Positions 1-8,687 of a stretch of DNA of 64,000 bases are shown here, piece after piece (positions within the stretch are counted from its first letter, which is position 1; every line of letters begins with the position of its first letter). The stretch covers positions 13,742 through 77,741 of the forward strand of contig JBLWXC010000006.1 in NCBI GenBank assembly GCA_048267645.1. The letters run 5' to 3'. Under the pieces are notes generated by a model, which saw only the letters and a program-made list of their open reading frames with translations, did no database searches and was not told the DNA's origin. The position numbers and the translations under genes are program-made. This stretch comes from Balneola sp. (GTDB lineage Bacteria; Bacteroidota; Rhodothermia; Balneolales; Balneolaceae).

Positions 1-33
1 AAAAGCAAACAACCTGAAGTTGTAATAATACAT

Positions 34-462
34 TTACGCTATTTCAACTAACTCGATGTTGAACGTAAGATCTTTACCAGCAAGTGGGTGATTAGCGTCG
101 ATTGTTACATTTTCGCCTTCCACTTTGGTGATTTGAACAGGAATTACTTGTCCGTCTGGCTGGTTTAACTGAAGTTGAACTCCAACTTCTGGTTCTAAAT
201 CAGCAGGAAGTTGACTTTTCTCAACTTCGATAATCATTTGTGGGTTTGGTTCGCCATACGCTTCTGCGCTTGGGATGTTTGCTGTGGTGCTTTCGCCCAC
301 TTTTAAGCCGATAACAGCTTTTTCGAAGCCTGGGATAAGTTGTCCTTGGCCGAGAGTAAACTCAAGAGGTTCGCGTTGTACTGATGAGTCGAATACAGAT
401 CCGTCTTCAAGTTGACCTGTGTAATGAACTTTTACGGTGTCGCCGTTTTTTACTACTGACAA
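34..462 (-). CDS. FKBP-type peptidyl-prolyl isomerase, short SlyD/FkpB-like (no His-rich tail)
   Basis: VKVHYTG, FDSS, GQLIPGFE, AYGE, IDANHPLAGKDLTF motifs with the insert-in-flap domain. Confidence 0.9.
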   Translation of the reverse strand: MSVVKNGDTVKVHYTGQLEDGSVFDSSVQREPLEFTLGQGQLIPGFEKAVIGLKVGESTTANIPSAEAYGEPNPQMIIEVEKSQLPADLEPEVGVQLQLNQPDGQVIPVQITKVEGENVTIDANHPLAGKDLTFNIELVEIA

Positions 463-557
463 AATGTTTCCTTCTTTTAGGAATTATAAATTGATTAAGA
501 ACCTTTAAGTTACTGAAATTAGCACTTAAATATTACCCCAAATCCGAGATCCTATTT

Positions 558-980
558 GTGATGAACGCAGACGTTAAAGAAGTACTTCAATCGGCTAAAA
601 CTATTGCCATAGTTGGTTGCTCGCCAAATCCATATCGAACAAGTAATTATATTGCAAAATTCTTGATGGAAAGAGGTTATACAATCATTCCTGTTAATCC
701 TGGGCATGATGAGATATTGGGCGTTAAATGCTATAGAAGCTTAGGTGAAATTCCCGCACAAACGAAGATTGATGTAGTTAATATTTTCAGAGATTCCGCA
801 CATACCGCTGGAGTTATGGATGAGGTTTTGGAATGGAACAAAGTTTCTGGACAAAACCCAACAGTTTGGACCCAACTAGATGTTTCATCTCCTGAAGCGG
901 AAGTAATTGCCGAGAAGAACAACGTTCCTTACATCAAAAACCGTTGCATTATGGTAGAATGGGAACGAGAAATACAGTAG
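558..980 (+). CDS. CoA-binding domain protein (YccU-like)
   Basis: TIAIVGCS, IIPVNP, DVVNIFR, VWTQL, NRCIMVE motifs. Confidence 0.85.
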   Translation: MMNADVKEVLQSAKTIAIVGCSPNPYRTSNYIAKFLMERGYTIIPVNPGHDEILGVKCYRSLGEIPAQTKIDVVNIFRDSAHTAGVMDEVLEWNKVSGQNPTVWTQLDVSSPEAEVIAEKNNVPYIKNRCIMVEWEREIQ

Positions 981-1046
981 TAAAAAGCTTATTTAGAGAA
1001 GGAGACTTCATTCCTAAAGCTTCTGGAACATCAGACTAGAAACTAA

Positions 1047-2213
1047 TTAAGGAAGGTTCTTTAGTAAGAAGTCTCGCATGTTTTCTCCCATTATGGCTTT
1101 TATTTCATCTCTTGTAAAGCCTTGCTTTAGCATTTCGTCCACTAGCAAAGGCAAACCTGTTACATCGAAAGGAGTGGTTACGCTGCCGTCAAAGTCGGAG
1201 CCAAGGGCAACAAATTCAATTCCGACTAAATCTCTCACGTGTTTCATTGATGCTACGATTGCAGGAATCCCACCATCACCAATTGCTCCTGGAAAGAATG
1301 CAATCCCAATTAAACCTTTGTTCTCAGCAATGGCCTTTATGTGTGCGTCAGAAAGATTGCGTTGTGAATTGTAAACTGCTCTTACACCTGTGTGTGAAAC
1401 GATAACAGGTTTAGTAGTTCGGGCAAGAATATCGTCGATCATATTTGGGGAAATGTGCGATAAGTCTACCAGCATTCCCAATTCGTTCATTCGGTCTATA
1501 ACTTGTTCTCCAAAAGGAGTGAGGCCTTCTCCTGATAATCCGTGAGCAGAGCCACCAAGTTTATTATCGAAGAAATGAGTTGGGCCCATCATACGTACAC
1601 CAGCCTCGAAAACTCGATCTAGGTTCTCCAAATTTCCTTCAATGGCATGAGCGCCCTCAATTCCCAAAAAGCCACCAATCACATCAGGATTGTCTTTTTT
1701 AAGCTGAATGAGTTTTTCTAAATCTGCTCTGCTTTTAACTAAGACAAAATCCCCATCATAAAACTCAGCAAAAAGGCGCAGTTTTTTGGTTTGATATAAT
1801 GTTCTGTTCAACAAACTAAACCAATTTGAAATAGGGCGACCTTGTACAATATTCAACAAAGTGATGTTATCAAAGGCATCAGCGCTGTTAGATTCAAAGT
1901 TCTGCCCAGCGGGTGATTTGCTAACTATGGTAAAGGCTTGAAGTGTAACGGAAGACTGTTGCAAGCGGGGGAAGTCTACATGACCAATATCTGATTGTCG
2001 AGTTAAATTCCTGTTCCAGAGCAATGCATCACTGTGTAAATCTCCGATAAAGGAAAGGGAGTCGTACAAAGCTTGTGCCTCTTCAGAAGCGTTGTAAGGC
2101 GGTTGTTGTGTGACTTTATTCAGATCTTTTTCTACAATATCTGGCACAATCAGGGTTACAAGTATGTAAATAATAGCTAGTAAGAATGAACCGTAGAATA
2201 ATTTTTTTTTCAT
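1047..2213 (-). CDS. Membrane-anchored dipeptidase (peptidase M19 family)
   Basis: N-terminal TM; DLHSD, GIEG, LVDLSH, VIVSH, LGSDFDG motifs. Confidence 0.88.
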   Translation of the reverse strand: MKKKLFYGSFLLAIIYILVTLIVPDIVEKDLNKVTQQPPYNASEEAQALYDSLSFIGDLHSDALLWNRNLTRQSDIGHVDFPRLQQSSVTLQAFTIVSKSPAGQNFESNSADAFDNITLLNIVQGRPISNWFSLLNRTLYQTKKLRLFAEFYDGDFVLVKSRADLEKLIQLKKDNPDVIGGFLGIEGAHAIEGNLENLDRVFEAGVRMMGPTHFFDNKLGGSAHGLSGEGLTPFGEQVIDRMNELGMLVDLSHISPNMIDDILARTTKPVIVSHTGVRAVYNSQRNLSDAHIKAIAENKGLIGIAFFPGAIGDGGIPAIVASMKHVRDLVGIEFVALGSDFDGSVTTPFDVTGLPLLVDEMLKQGFTRDEIKAIMGENMRDFLLKNLP

Positions 2214-2256
2214 GAAATGAAGAAATTAAAGGGAAAGTGAATTGTTTCTGAAACGC

Positions 2257-2676
2257 CTAAACTCCCAACAAGTGCAAATGCTTTACTTTGTGGTACGTTA
2301 ACGCCAACGTGATACAATGCTTTAATTCTGAAGTTGGAATGTCTTCATTCAACCCAAAAACAATAGCTCTGTTTGTTTCAAAGTTGAACACCTCAGAATA
2401 CAACTTCCTAAATGTAGGCACCAAGCTGGAAGTGCATTTAAAATAAACGGCATATTGATTTGGAGTTTTAGCCTTCCAATCCATTCTAACTGTGCTACCG
2501 TGCTTTGTTAAATAACTTGGTTCGCCCCATTTCAACGTTTCTTCTAGTGTTTCTAGTCCCTCAATTTCAGAAGCTGTTTCTAGTACTAAGGCTCGTAATG
2601 ATGCCATTTGTGAGCGAACAGATTCGGGATAGTTCTTAAAAATTTCTTCAGCTTGTGGGTTGGCGAGTAGCTTCAA
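2257..2676 (-). CDS. DUF1801 (YdhG-like) protein
   Basis: LEETLKWGEPSY motif, family-typical length; TTG start uncertain. Confidence 0.75.
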   Translation of the reverse strand: MKLLANPQAEEIFKNYPESVRSQMASLRALVLETASEIEGLETLEETLKWGEPSYLTKHGSTVRMDWKAKTPNQYAVYFKCTSSLVPTFRKLYSEVFNFETNRAIVFGLNEDIPTSELKHCITLALTYHKVKHLHLLGV

Positions 2677-2764
2677 TGTTAATTTGCTTGGGTATGATAT
2701 TAAATTGAAATATGAGGTATCTCTAAAGACTTTGCAAGAGCAGACGTTCGGTTAGTGAATGTGT

Positions 2765-3520
2765 TTAAGAGGATTTAGAGAAGAGTTTCTTTTTATGCAA
2801 AGAGCGCTTTGAAGAAAGTACGACCCGAACTCGGAAATCATCATAAAACAAACTAGCAAGAAGTATAAATGCACTTACAATTAATGTATTGAGCCCAAAA
2901 CCCATTCTAGAGTAAATAAAACCGCCTACTAATCCACCAAAAAAGAAAAAGCAAATGATGTAAATACGAAGCTGAATATTTGCCTTAATATGTTGTCTGT
3001 TGGGATACATTTTCGGAAAGAAAAGGTGCGATAGATCAATGCCTAAATCAGTAAATAGACCTGTTAAATGCGTAGTTCGTACAATAGCGTCAGATATTTT
3101 GGTAACAAAAGAGTTCTGAATCCCCATTGCAAAAAGCAAAAAGCACGCAATTATATTGGCATTTGAAACCACAGAGAAATCGCTGATAAGGGCAATGAAA
3201 ATCAACACAAAGGCTTCAATTACGGTAGGAATAACAAATACATTTAGTTTCTTACTCTTTCTAAAAGTTTCGATGAAGAAACTAGAGGTGAAAGAGCCAA
3301 ATAAAAATGAAAAGATGTAGAGGAAATAAATGGTTCCTTTCCAGAATTGGAAGTCGGCAAGGTCATTTATGAATAAAGCAAAATGCCCAGTTACGTTGGT
3401 TGTTAACTGCTTTATAGCCAGAAAGCCTGCAGCATTCACAGTTCCTGCTACAAAAGATAGAACGGAGGCTATCTGTACGTTGTGTTTTAATGTTCTGCGT
3501 TTACCTTGATGTCTGAACAT
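2765..3520 (-). CDS. YoaK/DUF1275 family membrane protein
   Basis: FVAGTVNA, TTNVTGH, FAMGIQN, RTTHLTG motifs; multiple TM helices. Confidence 0.88.
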   Translation of the reverse strand: MFRHQGKRRTLKHNVQIASVLSFVAGTVNAAGFLAIKQLTTNVTGHFALFINDLADFQFWKGTIYFLYIFSFLFGSFTSSFFIETFRKSKKLNVFVIPTVIEAFVLIFIALISDFSVVSNANIIACFLLFAMGIQNSFVTKISDAIVRTTHLTGLFTDLGIDLSHLFFPKMYPNRQHIKANIQLRIYIICFFFFGGLVGGFIYSRMGFGLNTLIVSAFILLASLFYDDFRVRVVLSSKRSLHKKKLFSKSS

Positions 3521-3553
3521 TCAAATCTCATTTAGCGTATTTATATACGGGAA

Positions 3554-3693
3554 GCTTACAACAGAGAGTAAATAATAGGAGGCAAGTATCAAGAGGTGGT
3601 TCAATAGTGCGTATGAACAAAAGTGTTGTAAGCGGTAATTAATTTCTGTTAGTAAGAGTTCGAATAACTTTGGAGTTATTTCTCTCAAATATA
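3554..3693 (-). promoter_or_regulatory. Possible promoter and structured 5' leader of the yoaK-like gene
   Basis: Minus-strand TATATTTG (3686-3693) fits the Bacteroidota-type TAnnTTTG -7 element; 7-bp hairpin at 3663-3680; 10-bp inverted repeat at 3554-3563/3624-3633. Confidence 0.3.
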
Positions 3694-3734
3694 CTGAAAT
3701 TTAGAATTACATGAATGACATGTAGAGGGTTTCT

Positions 3735-4796
3735 CTAATACTTTCTTTTACGCCGTTCTGTTTGTACTTCGCGATACATTTTAACTTGGCTTTTGGAGCG
3801 TTGTCTTTTCTCATGAACAGAACTTGAGAAGTGAAGCTGTTCTCTTTTCATTTTGTGATAGTTATCGTACGCACTTTTAGAAATTCTACCTTCTTCAACA
3901 GCTTGGAGCACTGCACAGCCGACCTCATGAACGTGACTACAATCATTGAACTTACATTCATTCGAAATTTCTTGAATCTCGTCGTAGGTTAATTCGATGC
4001 CCTTTGCGTTATCAGTCATTCCAATTTCACGCATTCCGGGTGTATCAATCACAATACTTTGGTTGGATAGTACCAATAATTCACGATGGGTTGTGGTATG
4101 CCGACCTTTATTATTACTTGAACTTACTTCGCTGGTTTTAAGAGTTTCTTCGTCTTTTAACTGATTTACGATGGTGGATTTACCCACACCTGATGAGCCA
4201 ATGAAGCAATAAGTTTTATATGCTTCCATGATTTCAGAAACCGCCTCAAAACTTTCGCTTATGTGGATACTAAGAGGAATAACCGGTACATCTTTTATGC
4301 GTTCATTGATTTGAGCTATCAATGCGGATTTTTCTTCATCACTAATCAAATCTGTTTTAGAAAGCAGAAGAATGGGTTTGATGTTTGCGGTATAACAGAT
4401 TGCCAAATAACGCTCAAGTCGCTTTAAGTTGAGATCTTGCCCTGCAGCTTGCACAATGAAAGCGTAATCAATATTGGTAGCTATAACCTGAGTTTCAGCA
4501 TGTTTACCGACAGCTTGACGCTCTAAAATGGTTGTTCTTGGAAATACGGAAAGAATGATGGCTGTCTTTTCATCCATCATGGTAACTTTGACCCAATCGC
4601 CCACGGCGGGGAACTCCAATCTGCTTTGCGCAGCGTAGCGTAAATTTCCCGTTATCTCAGCGCTATAAATTCCAGTTGTAGTTTGGATGGTATAGCGTTC
4701 TTTGTGCTCAATAATTACACGAGCAAGTTCATAGCCTTCGTAATCTTCAGGAGAGATGAGAGAAGTAATGGGTCCGGTAAATCCTAGATGTTTCAT
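3735..4796 (-). CDS. rsgA: Ribosome small subunit-dependent GTPase A
   Basis: OB-fold, then circularly permuted GTPase (SKTD, GSSGVGKST, GRHTT, DTPG), then CKFNDCSHVHEVGC Zn motif. Confidence 0.95.
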   Translation of the reverse strand: MKHLGFTGPITSLISPEDYEGYELARVIIEHKERYTIQTTTGIYSAEITGNLRYAAQSRLEFPAVGDWVKVTMMDEKTAIILSVFPRTTILERQAVGKHAETQVIATNIDYAFIVQAAGQDLNLKRLERYLAICYTANIKPILLLSKTDLISDEEKSALIAQINERIKDVPVIPLSIHISESFEAVSEIMEAYKTYCFIGSSGVGKSTIVNQLKDEETLKTSEVSSSNNKGRHTTTHRELLVLSNQSIVIDTPGMREIGMTDNAKGIELTYDEIQEISNECKFNDCSHVHEVGCAVLQAVEEGRISKSAYDNYHKMKREQLHFSSSVHEKRQRSKSQVKMYREVQTERRKRKY

Positions 4797-4892
4797 CCGA
4801 ATTAGTTCTATTGGGTAGGTTGTAGTAATAAAGTCCGTAAAAGGAGGGGTTTTTCAAAATAATTTGGTGGGTTGATTATCTAAATAATCAGT

Positions 4893-4957
4893 GGCTCCGT
4901 GGGAGCCTAAATTTTTGTAGAAATAATACAAAAGGTATACAGGAGCTCCAGAGGAGT
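4893..4957 (+). repeat. Left REP-like pair
   Basis: GGCTCC-GTG-GGAGCC-taaatttttgtagaaa (4893-4923) and GCTCC-AGA-GGAGT (4945-4957). Confidence 0.75.
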
Positions 4958-4965
4958 GATATTTT

Positions 4966-5427
4966 CTATTCAAGCCAATTGAATAAATATTTGCTATCGT
5001 ATTGGATATTAAATTTCAAAAGGAAATCAAGATATTCTTCTTTGAATGTTTTCTTATAATGATGTTCAGGTTGGTTTAAAATATAATTAACAACTGTATC
5101 CAATTGACTTCTTGCATAACTAAATGCACCATATCCTTCTTGCCACTGAAATTTATATTCTGTGTATTTATTCTCATTTAACCATTTGGTAGAATTTGAT
5201 TTAATGTCTCTTGCCAAATCCGAAAGTGACTGGCTAGGATTTAAGCCTACTAAAATGTGACAATGATCCGGCATACAATAAATAGCCAATAGTTTGTGCT
5301 TGTTATTAGAAATGATTCCAGAAATGTATTTTTCCAATGGAATTCTGATATCATCTTTTATGACGGCTTCCCGGTGTTTCACTGCAAATACGTATTGAAT
5401 TAATATTTGTGTGTAGGTATTTGGCAT
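4966..5427 (-). CDS. tnpA: IS200/IS605-family Y1 transposase
   Basis: HUH motif in MPDHCHIL, WQEGYGAFS, catalytic YILNQ (YxxxQ); 153 aa. Confidence 0.9.
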   Translation of the reverse strand: MPNTYTQILIQYVFAVKHREAVIKDDIRIPLEKYISGIISNNKHKLLAIYCMPDHCHILVGLNPSQSLSDLARDIKSNSTKWLNENKYTEYKFQWQEGYGAFSYARSQLDTVVNYILNQPEHHYKKTFKEEYLDFLLKFNIQYDSKYLFNWLE

Positions 5428-5430
5428 ATC

Positions 5431-5507
5431 GAAACAAGGTTTCGCCCCGATGGGGCTAGTTGAGATGCTTTAATCGATTTTCTACAAAGGTTTAGCTCCT
5501 CTGGAGC
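5431..5507 (-). repeat. Right REP-like pair (inverted relative to the left pair)
   Basis: GCCCC-GAT-GGGGC (5444-5456) and tttctacaaaggttta-GCTCC-TCT-GGAGC (5479-5507); the reverse complement of the latter closely matches the first left unit. Confidence 0.75.
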
Positions 5508-5649
5508 AAAGATGTTTTGTCTGCAAAGTTTGTTTAATTAAGCATAAAAAATGTGCAAAAACTTATTCTTTTCAAAATAGCATTATGGATTTTTAACAAG
5601 ATTAAAGGATATATAAAATGTTAAAAACTGAACCCACATATAAAAAACC

Positions 5650-6534
5650 TCACCGATGTTGTTCGTATTTGTTTGGAGGGAGGACTGTTCCTAACTCTGC
5701 AAGTTGATTAGCCGGAATTTCAACACTGGTAGATTCTATAATCTCACTGAGTTGAGGTAGTGTTCTTACACCTGATATTGCTGATGCAACCGCAGGGTGT
5801 TGTAACACATACTGCAATGCACTTGAAACAGGATTTTGTGTATTTACAATTGCAGCTTTAAGTTGATTAATTTCTTCTACATCATAGCCTAATGAAGCAT
5901 TAGCTGGCTTATTGATTAACATTCCTTTGGCCAAACTTCCACGTGTTAACACAGAAACACCTGAGCGATGTAAGTAATCCAAACATTCTTCTTCTGGTCG
6001 ACGATCGAGTAAACTGTACTGCATCATCACACTATCTAAATTGGACTTCTTAACCCATTCTCTAATTACATTTGGTCGGATTGAAGAGATGCCGTAAGCA
6101 CGAATTTTGCCTTGTTGTTTAAGCAGTTCAAACGCTTCAATAATTTCAGGGATATCATCATCTAAGGTTCCTCCGTGAAGTTGGTACAAATCTATATAAT
6201 CTGTTTGTAGGCGTTTAAGGCTTTCTTCAACGGCTCTTAGAATGTGAGTTTTACTAGGATTCCATGTCCAACCTTTGCCGTCTTCATTCCATTGATTTCC
6301 TACTTTGGTAGAAATTACAACTTGATCTCGAATGGGGGCGAGGGCTTTTCCAACGGTTGTTTCATTTGCACCTTTATCATATAAATCAGCAGTGTCAAAT
6401 AGTGTAATTCCTGCATCAAAAGCGGTTCTTAATAAAGTCTCGTTTTGGGCATGTTGCTCGGGTTGTAGCGACATACAACCAAAACCAATTTCACTTACTT
6501 TGATGGAGGAGTTTCCGAGTTTGCGGTAGTTCAT
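5650..6534 (-). CDS. Aldo/keto reductase
   Basis: IGFGCM, FDTADLY, STKVG, YIDLYQLH, YGISS motifs. Confidence 0.92.
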   Translation of the reverse strand: MNYRKLGNSSIKVSEIGFGCMSLQPEQHAQNETLLRTAFDAGITLFDTADLYDKGANETTVGKALAPIRDQVVISTKVGNQWNEDGKGWTWNPSKTHILRAVEESLKRLQTDYIDLYQLHGGTLDDDIPEIIEAFELLKQQGKIRAYGISSIRPNVIREWVKKSNLDSVMMQYSLLDRRPEEECLDYLHRSGVSVLTRGSLAKGMLINKPANASLGYDVEEINQLKAAIVNTQNPVSSALQYVLQHPAVASAISGVRTLPQLSEIIESTSVEIPANQLAELGTVLPPNKYEQHR

Positions 6535-6565
6535 ACAGTTGAAAATTGTTTTGAAAGATAAATAT

Positions 6566-7513
6566 CTAATCTATGTTCTTAAGCCAAGAGAACATCTTTT
6601 GAAACACAAGTTCACGAACTTCTTTTCTAGAAAGTACTAGATCGTGCATTCCATTTTTAATACTTACCATAGTAACATCATCACCTAAAGTTGATCCAAA
6701 TTTTTTGATGTGTTCTACATTCAGTACGGTGTCTGCGCTGTGCGCTTCCTCGGAATAAATCTTGGTGATTAAAGATTTGCTAGAGTGCATAACCAAAACT
6801 GGAACTTGGATGTTAGACTCCTTTTTTAACCGATTCTGAGCTTTTAGAACAGCATTCGTCCATGCGTAAAATGCGGGGAATCCATCTACAGGTTTCCATT
6901 CTTGAGTAAATTCCCATTCCCCAAAATCACCTTTATGAATGCTCTGAGAATAGACTCTACTTAAAGCTTCGTCTAGCTTGGCAAATTTGTTAAACAGAAT
7001 TGAGAATTTCGAAATAACAGGTAAAAAGAGTCTTTTGAGCTTAGAAATATTGAACTCTAAAAAGGGAGAATTCAGGATAAGTGCATTAACTAGATGCCTT
7101 TCTTCGCCTTCATTCATATATAAACTGGTAGTTAAACCGCCTGTTGAATGTCCGATTAGCGTTATCTTGTGTTTACTTCGTTCATTTATATGTTTTAAAG
7201 AAATAGAAATTTCTGGAAAATACTCAGTAATCGACCTGCAATAGTTTGGGTGTTGATGAGGGAGAAGAGAGTGTCCATATTTACGAAGTTCTAGCGCGTA
7301 AAAATCATAGCCTTCATTCAAAAACTTTGCCGCCATATGCGCTTGAAAAAAATAATCTATAAAACCATGTACGTAGAGTACGCTCTTCCGATTTCCTGTG
7401 TTTGCATTTGCTGCAATTAAGGTTGCTGTAACCTTCCCTTCGTAATCGTCAGGTAAGTCAATGGTTTGGTAACTAAAATCAGAATCTAAGTTTAAAGTGC
7501 TAATAGAGTTCAT
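6566..7513 (-). CDS. Alpha/beta hydrolase (lysophospholipase-like)
   Basis: VHGFIDY, GHSTGG nucleophile elbow, GMHDLVLS catalytic His region. Confidence 0.85.
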   Translation of the reverse strand: MNSISTLNLDSDFSYQTIDLPDDYEGKVTATLIAANANTGNRKSVLYVHGFIDYFFQAHMAAKFLNEGYDFYALELRKYGHSLLPHQHPNYCRSITEYFPEISISLKHINERSKHKITLIGHSTGGLTTSLYMNEGEERHLVNALILNSPFLEFNISKLKRLFLPVISKFSILFNKFAKLDEALSRVYSQSIHKGDFGEWEFTQEWKPVDGFPAFYAWTNAVLKAQNRLKKESNIQVPVLVMHSSKSLITKIYSEEAHSADTVLNVEHIKKFGSTLGDDVTMVSIKNGMHDLVLSRKEVRELVFQKMFSWLKNID

Positions 7514-7576
7514 AATAGATTATGTGATGAATGGTATTCGAACTAGAAACGAGGTGATTAGGTTCCAAAATAGTAG

Positions 7577-8533
7577 CTACTCATTAATATCATCAAGAGA
7601 ATGCTCTAAAAGCCAGTTGTAAATATCATCTCCGCCATAAACACGCTTCCATGTGTCGTGGCCCATATCTTCATGAATAGTAAAGCGGAGATTTGTATTC
7701 CCAAGTTCCTCAAGCAAATTCATTCCCTCAAAAAAGTATTGGGCTTCAATCACTTTATCGCGACCACCAGCAAAAGCCCAAATTGGCATGTTTACTTCTG
7801 CTAAAGGTTCCATCAAGCTTGGATGTCCCCAGCCAACCACAGGATTGATTGCGGCAAAGCGTTCTGGATGTTTACTTGCCAAATACCAAGTTCCAAATCC
7901 ACCGTAGCTCAATCCTGAAAGGTAAACTCTGTTTGAATCTGCATTGTAGTTTTCAAGAACGGTATCTAACATTCCGATTAAATCATTTTCAACGCGATTC
8001 CAACCATATTCAAAAAGAGCAGGTTCAGCAGGCATTTCTGTTGAGGGAGTGGCTCCGAGCATTTCGAAATCTGGACGAGAAGCTACACTGCGAGGTGGTA
8101 CGCCATCTTCTAAACGTTTTGGAACCATATCTAACGTTCGATTTTCAAAACTTGGAGCGTCAAGAGTGTCTTGGCCAAACATGTGCAACTGTGGGACAAT
8201 CATTATAAAAGGGAAGTCTCGTTTTTGAACCCATGCTTCAGAAAGTGGGCCGTGAATCATTACGTAATCCAATTCATCTTTGCCATTTCCGCGTTCGCCA
8301 TTTCCATGTAAAAACATAAGAACAGGCCATTCTTTATCAGGATTAGTATCGTAGCCCTTGGGCAGATAAAGATAAAAATCTCGTTCTTCTTGGTTTATTT
8401 CGCTCACATACGAAACGCGTTCTAGCTTAGCAGAACAATTTAGGGACGAACTCAAGGCCATGATAATAATCAGATATTTGAAATTTCTTTTAACCACAAT
8501 ATAGGCTCCTTTAAAAGGTGGATATAGATACAA
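7577..8533 (-). CDS. Secreted esterase/peptidase of alpha/beta-hydrolase fold
   Basis: LYLP, FLHGNGERG, VPQ, GLSYGG, GGRD, GHDTW motifs; the true start is probably downstream of the called one. Confidence 0.8.
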   Translation of the reverse strand: MYLYPPFKGAYIVVKRNFKYLIIIMALSSSLNCSAKLERVSYVSEINQEERDFYLYLPKGYDTNPDKEWPVLMFLHGNGERGNGKDELDYVMIHGPLSEAWVQKRDFPFIMIVPQLHMFGQDTLDAPSFENRTLDMVPKRLEDGVPPRSVASRPDFEMLGATPSTEMPAEPALFEYGWNRVENDLIGMLDTVLENYNADSNRVYLSGLSYGGFGTWYLASKHPERFAAINPVVGWGHPSLMEPLAEVNMPIWAFAGGRDKVIEAQYFFEGMNLLEELGNTNLRFTIHEDMGHDTWKRVYGGDDIYNWLLEHSLDDINE

Positions 8534-8687
8534 AAAAGAATAGTATTTGAGTAACTAATTTATCAAGAATTATTGGAATACTAACCAATAATATTGAAAA
8601 ATATATTTTCGAATTAATACAAGCATCTCTATAAAAGGATTAGAATTATGAGTACTATTGTATTTCAAAATCTAATGTATATAATGC

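Larger units (their letters stand above)
4893..5507. mobile_element. Y1/HUH transposase locus flanked by REP-like palindromes (IS200-like or TnpA-REP-like element)
   Basis: tnpA-like gene with two GC-rich 5-6 bp hairpins on each side, oriented inversely; no tnpB. Confidence 0.7.

Noticed and set aside
4893-5507. Repeats as a CRISPR mini-array
   Set aside because: Units are short, degenerate and inverted, interrupted by a transposase gene, with no cas genes.
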